Positions 38,701 through 45,773 of a stretch of 48,368 nt of DNA are shown in pieces (the first letter of the stretch is position 1; each line of letters starts with the position of its first letter). Position numbers and translations under genes: made by a program. The DNA comes from an uncultured Methanosarcinales archaeon (GTDB lineage: Archaea > Nanobdellota > Nanobdellia > Woesearchaeales > CAYSVS01), in contig CAZPRK010000001.1 of assembly GCA_964589485.1 (NCBI GenBank), forward strand, positions 1 through 48,368, read 5' to 3'. The notes below the pieces were generated by a model. The model was given only the letters and a program-made list of their open reading frames with translations, had not been told where the DNA came from and searched no databases.

Positions 38701-41700
38701 GTCCATTCTTACTTTAAAAAAATCAATAGGATATTCTAAATTACTAGAATCATCTTCTGAAAACATATAAACTGTATAAATTCCATCTTTATATTCATCC
38801 ACTATTTTATCAAATTCTAAATCAAATTTACCTTCAACTAATTGCTTAGGATAAGATACTTGCGATGGTTCTTCATTAATTCCTTTTGTATCTTTAAAAA
38901 TTGTATAATAAGTTACAAATTCATTAATACTAGGTAAATCATCTTTAATAAATAATTCTAAACTAGGATTCCGTGTACAATTTGCACCATGACAATAAAC
39001 CTTAGAAGAATCATAATAAGTTGTAGGAGATTTTTGATCTAAAACACAATCCCTATCAGTATCTGAACAATCTCTTTTATAATTATCACTATCTTTATAA
39101 CAATATTCTTCCTCTTTATTCCATTTACATCTTCCAATATCTAAAGAATCTTTACTTGGGTTAAGGAATTCATGAGTTCCGCTTACTTTTAACTCTTCAC
39201 TCCAAATTACATCAACATCTAACTCTTCTCCACCTGTACAATCTTGTTCAGTGTCATAATCTTCACAACCAATTTCAGTTTTAGCAGTACAAGATCCGCA
39301 AATTCCGTTTTCATCCATATTATCACAGTAACATGAACCATATAATCCACACCTTGTTTTATCACAAACTCCATAAACATCATTTAATCCAGGTTGAGTA
39401 CATAAATTACAATTATCTTCTTTTTCTACTTCTTCACATACTCCTCCTCCTAATTCATCATATCTAGGGTCAGCATTCCATTGACAATTTCTGTTTAAAC
39501 ATCTATTGTTATACTTTCCATCTATATCTCCGTCTTGTTTTAAATTAGGATTTCCTTCACAAGCTCTTTTACTTTGATAATTATAACAACTAGTTACACC
39601 ACTACAAGGATAATAAGTATCTACTGAACTATATGTAGAATCATAATAACATAAAGGAATATTTTCACATGCTTCTGAAACTTCATTTGTTTGTAAAAAA
39701 TATGAAACTTTTGTACTCACTTCAGGACTTGCAAACAATCCTAATGGAGATGAACAAGTTGAACAATCACTTTGATAACTACAAAATGCATCTCCTTCTG
39801 AAGTTGGTCCAAGACATTTAAGACCACTTATTTTATTACAATCTTGAACAGCTGCATTTGCTTTTTTATTTCCATTACATTGCCAAACTTTATTATCGTC
39901 ACAAAATCTTCCACTTTGCTTTAAACAAGAATCATGGAAAGGCCCAACACATACTTGTTCAGATGAAACAATACCAGCATATTCATCATCATCATATTTA
40001 GCATTAACTGTATAACAATATTCAATTCCACCTTCAATTTCAGTATCTGTATATTCTAAAACATTAGAATTAAATTCTTCAATAGGAATTAAATTAGTAT
40101 CGCACACATTAGGATTTTCAACAGAATCATCATAACATTTACTTAAAGAAATATTCATAGGTAAACAATCATACCCCCAAGTTAAGTCTACTTGAGGTTT
40201 ATTTTCAATTATATTTATTTCAAGCCTAGGTTTAGGTCTATCTCTTCCACAATGAATTGGTTCAAGTTCAAAATTTTCATTCTGTTTATTTCCATCTAAA
40301 GTAATAGATTTAGTTTGAGGTTCAAAACCATTTGCTTTAGCTTCAACAAAAATACTACCTTCATATACATTTTCAACAATGTAATTTCCACCTTGTACAG
40401 TTTTTGTTCCAAAAGCTCCATCTATAAGTATAGTTGCTCCTTCGATCCCTTCACCTTCTTTTGATTCTACTTTCCCCTCTAACCGATATTTAACTTTTTC
40501 AAATAATTGGATAGTATATTCTTTATCACCATCTATATAAAAATCAATTATATCATTTTTTAATGCATAAGGATAATCATGATATCCTTTATAACTTACT
40601 TCTAGTTTATAAGGGTCTGTAGACATTTCTACATTAAAAAAAATAAACCTTCCATTATCTTTAACATAATAAATTTTACTTTCAGAATAAGTTCCATCTA
40701 AATAAAATTCAACTTTTGCTCCAGAAATGAGTTCATTGTTTTCATCGACTACAATCCCAGTAACAACTGCACCTTGTTTTTCTACACATTGTTTTTTATA
40801 ACAAACTTTATTAGCTGCACATCTTAATCCACTACATGCATCATCTTCACAATTAGCTCCATCAATTCCATCTTCATCATTATTCTCATCATCATCACAA
40901 ATTTCTTTATTACAGCTACTTGAACAAGTATCTGGTAACTGACCATTATTACAATTTTTAATTTTCTCCTTTGGACAACAAGTATCTAAAGAATTATCAC
41001 CATCTGAATCATAAGAATAACTTTCTTTACAATTTGTTCCATCTGCAGTATTACATTTTTGTTGTGTTTGAAAACAATCAGAATCCATACAATCAATTAA
41101 ACCATCCCCGTCATCATCAACTCCATTACTACAGATTTCTCCACAATTACAACCGCTATCACTTTTTCCAACAAAACAATCAATTTTTCCATCACAATCG
41201 TTATCTATCCTATCATTACATAATTCTTCTCCACTTTCACCTACATGATCTTCAGAATCATCAAGATTTACTGATTTATAGGTAAAAGTATCAACATTAG
41301 GAAGGTAAGCTTTAGGGAAAGAAGCTTCAAGTAATGAACCTGCACAATCACTATCACAAATATCTATTGCTAAATCTCCATCATCATCTACTTTATTACC
41401 ACAACCATTCTCGAATTCATTTTCACTTTTACATTCATCATCAGCATAATTAAACAAACCATCACAATCATTATCAAAATTATCATCACAAATTTCAGAA
41501 GTTTTAGCTAAAATTCCTTCAACAGGTTCATTATCTCCGTAATTATAACTTAAATGCGTCCAACAATCTTTATCACAACCGTCTACATAACCATCTAAAT
41601 CCTCATCTATACCATTCCCACATAAATCTATAGAATTTTCAGAAGTACTTTGTCCACCTTGTGCTTCAGGTGCTTTACATGTACACCCATTTGTTTCACC

Positions 41701-42543
41701 TGGAGAAATACAAGTATTTAATCCGTCACAATCATTATCAGTCTCACATGTTTCTTCAGCTTCCACAATTAAATTACCACAAACAGATTGTACAATACCT
41801 AAAGTAAAATCTAAAACATTTTCATCTTCATCTAAGTCAAGTAATATTGAATTTGAAGCACTTTCAAAACCAAATTTAGAAACTTCAACTAAAAATTGAT
41901 TTAATTCAGTAAAAGTAAGCGTATATGTTCCTTCTTTACCAGTTATAACACTTTTTTCATTTGATTCTGTAGCTTCTACTAAAGCACCTTCAATAACTAC
42001 ATCTTTTTCACTACTTGTAACAGTTCCAGTTAAAGTATACGATTCACTTGCTTGATTACACGCAGTATCACAAGAACCTTGAGATGAATAAACATAAGTA
42101 GTTTCTGCATTAACACAACAATATTGTCCTACTTGCGCATCTATTCCATTACAAGAACATGAACTTGACAAAGATCCTTCACAAGAAGATAAACTAGAAG
42201 AACAAACTGTAGGAATCATTTCACTTGCACAAGTTGAAGCACAAGCATCTTCATCAATAACTCCATAATTATAATCACCTAATTTAGTATCGCAGCCTTT
42301 TTTTGTAGATAATTCTTGACCATTTGTCAAACAACAACATTCTAAACTCATTTCTGGATCAGTACTGGGACATTCATCATGAAAAATAGCATCCTCATCA
42401 CTTTCACATATAGCTTGAGAAACTTCTTCTACACCATAATATCTTCCACCGTCATCACAACAAGGAACTGATACAACAGATTGAGAATTAGCTAATAGAA
42501 AAATAGTTACAATAAGTAATACACTAATCCCTCTTTTTCTCAA
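29734..42543 (-). CDS. Giant secreted Cys/Asp-rich surface protein/adhesin (4269 aa)
   Basis: TTG start with AGGGTG RBS; MRKRGISVLLIV signal; three carboxypeptidase-regulatory-like (prealbumin) domains; FN3/Ig-like domains; many CxDGxDNDxDGxxDCxDxDC modules; Asp-rich tandem repeats; no C-terminal TM. Confidence 0.88.
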   Translation of the reverse strand: MRKRGISVLLIVTIFLLANSQSVVSVPCCDDGGRYYGVEEVSQAICESDEDAIFHDECPSTDPEMSLECCCLTNGQELSTKKGCDTKLGDYNYGVIDEDACASTCASEMIPTVCSSSLSSCEGSLSSSCSCNGIDAQVGQYCCVNAETTYVYSSQGSCDTACNQASESYTLTGTVTSSEKDVVIEGALVEATESNEKSVITGKEGTYTLTFTELNQFLVEVSKFGFESASNSILLDLDEDENVLDFTLGIVQSVCGNLIVEAEETCETDNDCDGLNTCISPGETNGCTCKAPEAQGGQSTSENSIDLCGNGIDEDLDGYVDGCDKDCWTHLSYNYGDNEPVEGILAKTSEICDDNFDNDCDGLFNYADDECKSENEFENGCGNKVDDDGDLAIDICDSDCAGSLLEASFPKAYLPNVDTFTYKSVNLDDSEDHVGESGEELCNDRIDNDCDGKIDCFVGKSDSGCNCGEICSNGVDDDGDGLIDCMDSDCFQTQQKCNTADGTNCKESYSYDSDGDNSLDTCCPKEKIKNCNNGQLPDTCSSSCNKEICDDDENNDEDGIDGANCEDDACSGLRCAANKVCYKKQCVEKQGAVVTGIVVDENNELISGAKVEFYLDGTYSESKIYYVKDNGRFIFFNVEMSTDPYKLEVSYKGYHDYPYALKNDIIDFYIDGDKEYTIQLFEKVKYRLEGKVESKEGEGIEGATILIDGAFGTKTVQGGNYIVENVYEGSIFVEAKANGFEPQTKSITLDGNKQNENFELEPIHCGRDRPKPRLEINIIENKPQVDLTWGYDCLPMNISLSKCYDDSVENPNVCDTNLIPIEEFNSNVLEYTDTEIEGGIEYCYTVNAKYDDDEYAGIVSSEQVCVGPFHDSCLKQSGRFCDDNKVWQCNGNKKANAAVQDCNKISGLKCLGPTSEGDAFCSYQSDCSTCSSPLGLFASPEVSTKVSYFLQTNEVSEACENIPLCYYDSTYSSVDTYYPCSGVTSCYNYQSKRACEGNPNLKQDGDIDGKYNNRCLNRNCQWNADPRYDELGGGVCEEVEKEDNCNLCTQPGLNDVYGVCDKTRCGLYGSCYCDNMDENGICGSCTAKTEIGCEDYDTEQDCTGGEELDVDVIWSEELKVSGTHEFLNPSKDSLDIGRCKWNKEEEYCYKDSDNYKRDCSDTDRDCVLDQKSPTTYYDSSKVYCHGANCTRNPSLELFIKDDLPSINEFVTYYTIFKDTKGINEEPSQVSYPKQLVEGKFDLEFDKIVDEYKDGIYTVYMFSEDDSSNLEYPIDFFKVRMDTKEAAFTVEATDVNIYTKKFGNAEYKYSEVTFDINLVDGPGYCSADLYKAGSDQIWDSLKIENEFGESFKRKYEDLADGTYYYDVTCEDAAGNTYNKILETRTEADRRIRNAKPYTNIHTSEAILSVDTTANVDCRYYDDLTIEEYDSSFGTLLQKNIILEEDLDDIVDFYRHTSDQLDLESDTYKYKVICNDENNPFKEILFTVDDKSPTTQVLVPGTDEVYNLGDWKEAHEFELKCVDEKFNSKNYNHLGELGGFGCDKINYCFGVDCEPDLVFELPININEGDEICYQSVDKGENLENKICTAVNVDNTPALISISLNELGKTEVPIVLRNNKYFVTLTSDEDLKEVKLSYEVFGASASSDIILTSTNPKLWKGSFEVPLTTNFDDIEGDANFVLSAFDLHGVESTIEQVDQIKSFEIDTKGPPAPSIFYPTGNQNQPSNKITVLGFAHEEQSNFKIRTYYTTENFKDQYDASISNAWDFIETTSFSENSVVDTVELQRSIDSGNLIYLKGNKANFEGYIDLPGHDLTDKSYYKIESNEANDEFTVLTIFPPLIKGVDENKLVNLHSKQYPTGWFSAEVPLLIGKNYLYSVELDQYGNLGTKTDYYEIVSDPNPPIITIDAPPAKVSAIAPELIKATIFEEDSLLDLSSLKIELKSRRSGENEVFTQEFKCSDEELKCTDQFGGTLEETERKAILTLTKEFPVSIYEYTVYATDTVGSLGEESNWFEVDAEVPHNPIIDLEPGITVNRIGFTNVANPIINLNFLDDMGKTVTITKLTLQDENKNFIDVSYVAEEVIPSFDTITTFIQGDEATLNLNSEDYDLSFKILQDVEITNAQFKVTGLMNNDAYAKKPWVNFGTDIVYDFITNDVAFNGEVFRDFTTNLNTLLSNCEIDDEGMCTIPVSIGDGFGNLIDAPGALKISDLIISYEPNENAKKRNTYTRYNLPLTGDLIESKYFINITANKETDDGQSKDTIVDASFIYTTEPAKLNIIMDNPTMDLSPKFRLESNLPIKCGYTLDDKEEFNTGNEYFLNFDSEPLPERKITHLNVKEKAGIEGNVPNEYIENPKYLDANHTLNFKCEGVFNGELEKEYTYQLVHPKQNRLFYGDGDTIVFQFFLEEGTSKSLIGADLSNLDSTFSSDKYITWEEDGVYYLSYEIDEDNEHQDGWKFIYLTYPGAVREKVVVHLKNTFTNVDLENSISCNSKPGYFFNEENCPYDFDVQNMYAFNKEFGNEEFNEEGFDCEGENAVNTRACASIYYKIRNLKDFQQSIVLDDPCYNDQFCMFKIRDLGVTGFYNKYASTTGNLKVRFEMSNSNTVKNNFQVYDFTGTFGQSTFTNCEGGEFIKSDISGEIKCATPENIRALMNLKIIEAIEGENKPKVQVITDVEGNNRQAVTELELFEIRNNKKASLVNSEALLNNGVYSYCNDGVDNDLDSPFEFDKYGGDKADCRDDDCNGLIVNNLGNKCELNTELSCNDGFDNDMDDPLILKSSGYAQLIEDYQDGTFISPKGRFLDCFDTDCFKQAGSKVTAEACLVKETNCNNGNNDDFDFGKYGQPRISKSYQDLSDGIALTDCLDVDCDGRSGFANCKITGGCLCEYSIDTTVDSDNDGIPDVQDDDLDGDGTKNGNDPDADNDGEVDDNYKDIVSDPDIDNDGLLNVNDEDIDGDGIENGDDPDANGDGVVDDKYKDVVIDVEKDTDGDGIVDINDKDIDNDGILNGDDPDANGDGIVDDRYKDVVPDKTVDTDNDGKLDINDEDIDNDGILNDDDPDANGDGIVDNRYKDIIKDVEKDTDGDGNLDINDDDIDGDGILNGNDPDANEDGEIDTQYEDIVDDPDTDNDGILDIDDNDIDGDGIENKHDPDANGDGIVDLRYDDIVFDSITDTDGDGTVDIDDEDIDNDGILNGDDPDANGDGRVDKKYENIVLNPLGDNDGDGKLNINDGDIDGDGINNSDDLTPVGPLGEGKNYPSSCKDEFDNDADGSVDCYDAGSCWGAGGRSDNEITNPCPAFENNNPAWCHNGKDDDFDDGAGNLDRDESSGMDCEDYDCRGIEADTIDGKRTCPVTEGQTKSFGFDAAQCFDGKDNDLDAPDKVYSGGSTANGIDCRDVDCNGVTKPNTEQSCEFEKEVSCDDGFDNDGNGFCDYLGCNGLPPDPACTTGNCYPSPITESITLDSCMASPSYLATGNEDAAVDNVANCADSDCDGQICGIGSTCKNNNCETSLNEVCNNGLDDDNDGLKDCQDSDCTSDCPNTDLTGLTLPDEVWEYNDDLSFGGSFGKVEEGTVIASYNKYVKKGDFFKLNLKGTEELGMTFFVGDDQNPLSNLNDNFNLDSNSNKQDSVSYTVKTYGGQIEPFTDNARVKIDSTFAYKATTVGQSRINLIGRVGTDQEKISTLNIKVLENVAPEFEELIVSTNPEGALITALASDSGTGIYYCNFRMYDKTTDNLITQNEHNTDCIWDYQDGLDSGIYYVEVDVFDGAGNSDSETGYDISRTFVKEGPSLSSIDGLYSTRKYFNKYKRDDLEVTMTFESDNGFNEGKCIVDISDVNNVKTDGGQFDLTLLDNNKAECKVDLPLNGYDDSLYDFAVSVTDAGGNRIITKRNPFWVCNFLRTPEGIYRCRDECTQQGLNVDIIAPVEGEVFEYPLINVKGTAPPNVILKAYVNNEYTARLQSQAKSTGDFNFNLLALSRGQNTITVLAVDELTYNTGEDSVMVIYNSEGPVVNINIEVTDSYEQAIVTFSIFDDDQDGLPDAWEDLKGLDKTYYDSNNKYNSTHTWMQYYLLTDALDIENSIFNFTRLDNIKTDEVNEEMRIDVSTTSDGNVMTANLPILEVGDYSIGVISIDQEGEAGETEFIKFHYDPLAPRPYLDPIPPSITKNESYEFRGYVTSVVPISKVELTLANSPNFKSELLTLDENNKFAHNIYLFNDENKETTFNDYEVLAYNGERYNDKTGLIIHDEKFRGVESARLVSAKERKADANIGISFEQY
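32830..33879 (-). repeat. Seven full plus one partial 45/47-aa Asp-rich (TSP3-like Ca-binding) tandem repeats
   Basis: Consensus DTDGDGxxDINDxDIDxDGIxNGDDPDANGDGxVDxxYxDIV, also visible as DNA repeats (gcatcaggatc...). Confidence 0.9.
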
Positions 42544-42584
42544 ATAAACACCCTATATATATTTAATATATTAAATATTATATC

Positions 42585-42600
42585 ATTTATAAATGTTGCG
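42585..42600 (-). promoter_or_regulatory. BRE-TATA promoter for the giant-protein operon
   Basis: Minus strand CGCAACATTTATAAAT about 40 nt upstream of TTG 42543. Confidence 0.6.
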
Positions 42601-42629
42601 ATGAGAAATAATAAGTAAATATAAAGAAT

Positions 42630-45600
42630 TTAATCATCAGAGTCATCATCAGAAGTAGGAGTAAAAATACAATTTTTACAAGTGCCCCCATTTACAGATT
42701 TTTTTAATGTTCGTTGAAGATAACTAATTCCATCACAAATAGCATTATCTCCATCATTTTTACATTCACAAGAAGAAGTTATTCTTTTCGTACAACCTCG
42801 GTTACTTGGACCACCACATTGCGCATTACATTGATACAAACTTCCACTTTTTTCATATTCATAAGCCTCATTACAAATTCCATCAGCATTTGGGTCTTTC
42901 AAAAAACTTTTTTCAAAACTTTCACCTGGTCCATAAGCATAACAACCACCGCCAACTTTAGAATCTCCTGAACCCGGACAAGTATTAACATTACACTCAT
43001 CATTACCAGGTGCACAAGGTCCAAAACAAGATTCATCTTCACCACTTTTTTTATCAGGACAAATATTTACAACATTATATTTTTCAATCACTTTTCCAGT
43101 ACAAACATTACCTCTATCTCCTCCACATTTTTGAGTAAAAGTTCTTTTGTAAATATCATTAGATATTTTATTTTGCTTTTCATTATTTGAAATAATTTCT
43201 AAAGTTTCAAATTCATTAGCTTCAACTATATCTCTCCAATCATCACCTTCAAATTCAGGATTAGTAAAAGGATAACATGAATTTCTATCATCTTGAAAAC
43301 AAACAGTATCTTCATTTGCAATAGTCCCCCATTGTAAAGTATCCACTTCTTGATTTAATCTACTTAACCAGTTTGCGACATTTACTAAATATTCTTTATT
43401 ATTTTCATTTTCTAAATTTTCATTAATCAACCTATCAACAGAACCATCTATTAATTTCTTTTGAAACCTTTGATTAGAAGATGTTTCTCGTACTGCAGCA
43501 TAAACATTATTAATACATGCTTGAGTACCATCGGTAATAATATTCGTAAAACCACCAATAGTTTCGATATTTACAGGATTAAAAACAGTAGGTGAAACAG
43601 AATTCATAATTTCATGGTTTTGAGAAATTTCATTAAGATTATGACAAGCAGTAGTAGATTTTTTATAACCAAGAGGGGCATATTGAGACATATCTTCAGT
43701 GACAAAAAGCGCAATCGAATTTTTATCCCTTTTATTAAAACGGTTTAATTTTAAATTTTCTCCACCATCAGTATCTTCCCTAGCAACAACCCATACTTGA
43801 TCATAAGCATCTAAAGTTCCAGGAAGTATAGTTTTAAGATCAACACTAAACCCATTACCCTCAAGTAAATTTTCAAGTTTTTCATACTTATTAATTTGAT
43901 CACCTTTAATAAAAACTAAAATGTTTTTACCATTTGTTTCAGTCGCACCAGAAACACAACAAGAATGATCACCTAAAAAATCCATATAAGGATTAGTTTC
44001 ATCATACTCATCATGAAGTTTAATAAAAGGATAACTTGGCAAATTACTTTTATGAGGTAAACAAGGATATACTTCAACATTAAAAATTTCAGTCCCTAAT
44101 GTTTCCACACTATCTTTAACAGTTAATTGAATCTCATGTGATTGAGAAGCTAAATCATCACCAACATCTTCAAAAGGAAGATTATCCATTTTTATTATAT
44201 CAAAAACAGGAGGAACGATTGCAATTTTTCCACTAATATCAAAAAATTCAGTTAAATCTCTCCAATTATATTCAACATTTTGTCTTCCAGGAATTTTACT
44301 TTCACTTGAATTTAAAATAAAAGGATCTTCAATAGAAGCACTTAAAGTTGGAATGTCATTAAAAATATTATGTCCAAATGCTTTTACAATAGGAACATCT
44401 AAAATTTTAAATTTAATATTTTGCCAATCTTTTACACTAGAACCTTCTTCTTTAACACTAAATTTAACTTCATGATCTCCAACGTGTCCCATCGTATTTA
44501 ATGTATAAATAGGACCAATACCAGTATCAACATTATATTCAACTTCAACCCATTCATCAACAACTATTCCTCCTGAAACTGTTTCTAATTCAAACTCCAA
44601 TTCATCCCCATCAGGATCAACCGCTTTAGGTTCAAGAACTATTTCATCTCCTTCATTGACAACATAATGAAACCCTTCACTTGCCCATGCTCCACCTGGT
44701 GCAGTTCCTTGAATTAAATCTAAAATAGGAGGTCTATTTTTAACTGCAAATTTTAATCCTAATTCTTGACCTTTTATTAATGACCTAGAATCAGTAACAT
44801 AAATTAAATAATCAGAACCAATCTTAGATTTTTGAACATCAATAAAATTATCCCAAAGTAAAGTATTTTTTCCACTTTTTAATCCTAAATGATCTTTAAG
44901 AAAATCAAAATCAAATTTTTTAATTTCTTGATCAACTATTTTTGCAGCAAGTTCAAAAACTTTTTTAATTCTTACATTTTTTTTAATATCTAAAGAAATA
45001 TTTTTCAAAAAAGGTTCTTGATCAGGTAAAGAAAATTCAAAAGGATAATTTAATTTAACTAAAACATCATCTTCACCATACAATACGTCTACGGAAGGTT
45101 TACCTTTTTCTACAAGTTCATAATTAAATTTAGTTCTAATTACATCTAAATCTAAACATTTTTTTGATCTATTTGCAATATAAAAACTCAACAATTCTTG
45201 TAAAGTAAAATCATCAAGTATACCCCCATACGAAGAAACATCACATGTTGAAACTAAACTAGAACTAGGATTATTTGGACCTTTTTTATCACAAATCCTA
45301 GGAAATTCTCTATCACCTAAATTATTTACGTCATCAATTTTAGCATTCGGTGTATAATACCCATAGTCATTATCTGTTTCAAGTTCATTATAAATCCCAT
45401 AATTTACTTTTTGTCCATCAACCACCATAAATTTAGTTTCAGCTATTTTTTCAATAACATCTTCATCATCAGAAGAATCTTCATACAAAATTCCACCTTG
45501 TTCTGCAGCTCTAACTAAAGCTTCATTGGTTGCTTCCTCTAAACAAGAACTAATGTAATATTCCAATGCAGTAGTTTGTAACAAATCAGTTGTTAACAAA

Positions 45601-45719
45601 TTAACTTGTTGTTTAATTTGTTGTTCTGTTGTTATTTGCGCAAATATGAATATCCCTCCAAATACAGAAACTACTACTACACCTAATAAAATAAAAGCCG
45701 TAATTTGCGCTCTTTTCAA
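42630..45719 (-). CDS. Large class III signal peptide protein: pilin-like N-domain, Ig/PKD-like domains, GIFT/DUF4350-like domain, Cys-rich C-terminus (1029 aa)
   Basis: MKRA|QITAFILLGVVVV; 'YISSCLEE...QGG'; NRPPILD; 'YEKLENLLEGNGFSV...YDQVWV...NKEYLVNVANWL'; GAGGT RBS. Confidence 0.82.
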   Translation of the reverse strand: MKRAQITAFILLGVVVVSVFGGIFIFAQITTEQQIKQQVNLLTTDLLQTTALEYYISSCLEEATNEALVRAAEQGGILYEDSSDDEDVIEKIAETKFMVVDGQKVNYGIYNELETDNDYGYYTPNAKIDDVNNLGDREFPRICDKKGPNNPSSSLVSTCDVSSYGGILDDFTLQELLSFYIANRSKKCLDLDVIRTKFNYELVEKGKPSVDVLYGEDDVLVKLNYPFEFSLPDQEPFLKNISLDIKKNVRIKKVFELAAKIVDQEIKKFDFDFLKDHLGLKSGKNTLLWDNFIDVQKSKIGSDYLIYVTDSRSLIKGQELGLKFAVKNRPPILDLIQGTAPGGAWASEGFHYVVNEGDEIVLEPKAVDPDGDELEFELETVSGGIVVDEWVEVEYNVDTGIGPIYTLNTMGHVGDHEVKFSVKEEGSSVKDWQNIKFKILDVPIVKAFGHNIFNDIPTLSASIEDPFILNSSESKIPGRQNVEYNWRDLTEFFDISGKIAIVPPVFDIIKMDNLPFEDVGDDLASQSHEIQLTVKDSVETLGTEIFNVEVYPCLPHKSNLPSYPFIKLHDEYDETNPYMDFLGDHSCCVSGATETNGKNILVFIKGDQINKYEKLENLLEGNGFSVDLKTILPGTLDAYDQVWVVAREDTDGGENLKLNRFNKRDKNSIALFVTEDMSQYAPLGYKKSTTACHNLNEISQNHEIMNSVSPTVFNPVNIETIGGFTNIITDGTQACINNVYAAVRETSSNQRFQKKLIDGSVDRLINENLENENNKEYLVNVANWLSRLNQEVDTLQWGTIANEDTVCFQDDRNSCYPFTNPEFEGDDWRDIVEANEFETLEIISNNEKQNKISNDIYKRTFTQKCGGDRGNVCTGKVIEKYNVVNICPDKKSGEDESCFGPCAPGNDECNVNTCPGSGDSKVGGGCYAYGPGESFEKSFLKDPNADGICNEAYEYEKSGSLYQCNAQCGGPSNRGCTKRITSSCECKNDGDNAICDGISYLQRTLKKSVNGGTCKNCIFTPTSDDDSDD

Positions 45720-45773
45720 TTTTAAACCTCTTTAATTAAAAAATAGAAAGTATATTATTTAAAATTAATGATT

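Noticed and set aside
29734..42543. Diversity-generating retroelement target or intein in the giant gene
   Set aside because: No reverse transcriptase, no template/variable repeat pair with A-specific mismatches, and no intein motifs recognised by eye
14469..42971. Short plus-strand ORFs (14469, 15122, 22193, 25294, 26975, 33051, 33356, 34209, 38555, 40971, 42714) and the alternative-frame ORF 27134..27340
   Set aside because: Nested in long genes; their His/Ser-rich composition is the expected reverse complement of Asp/Gly-rich codons
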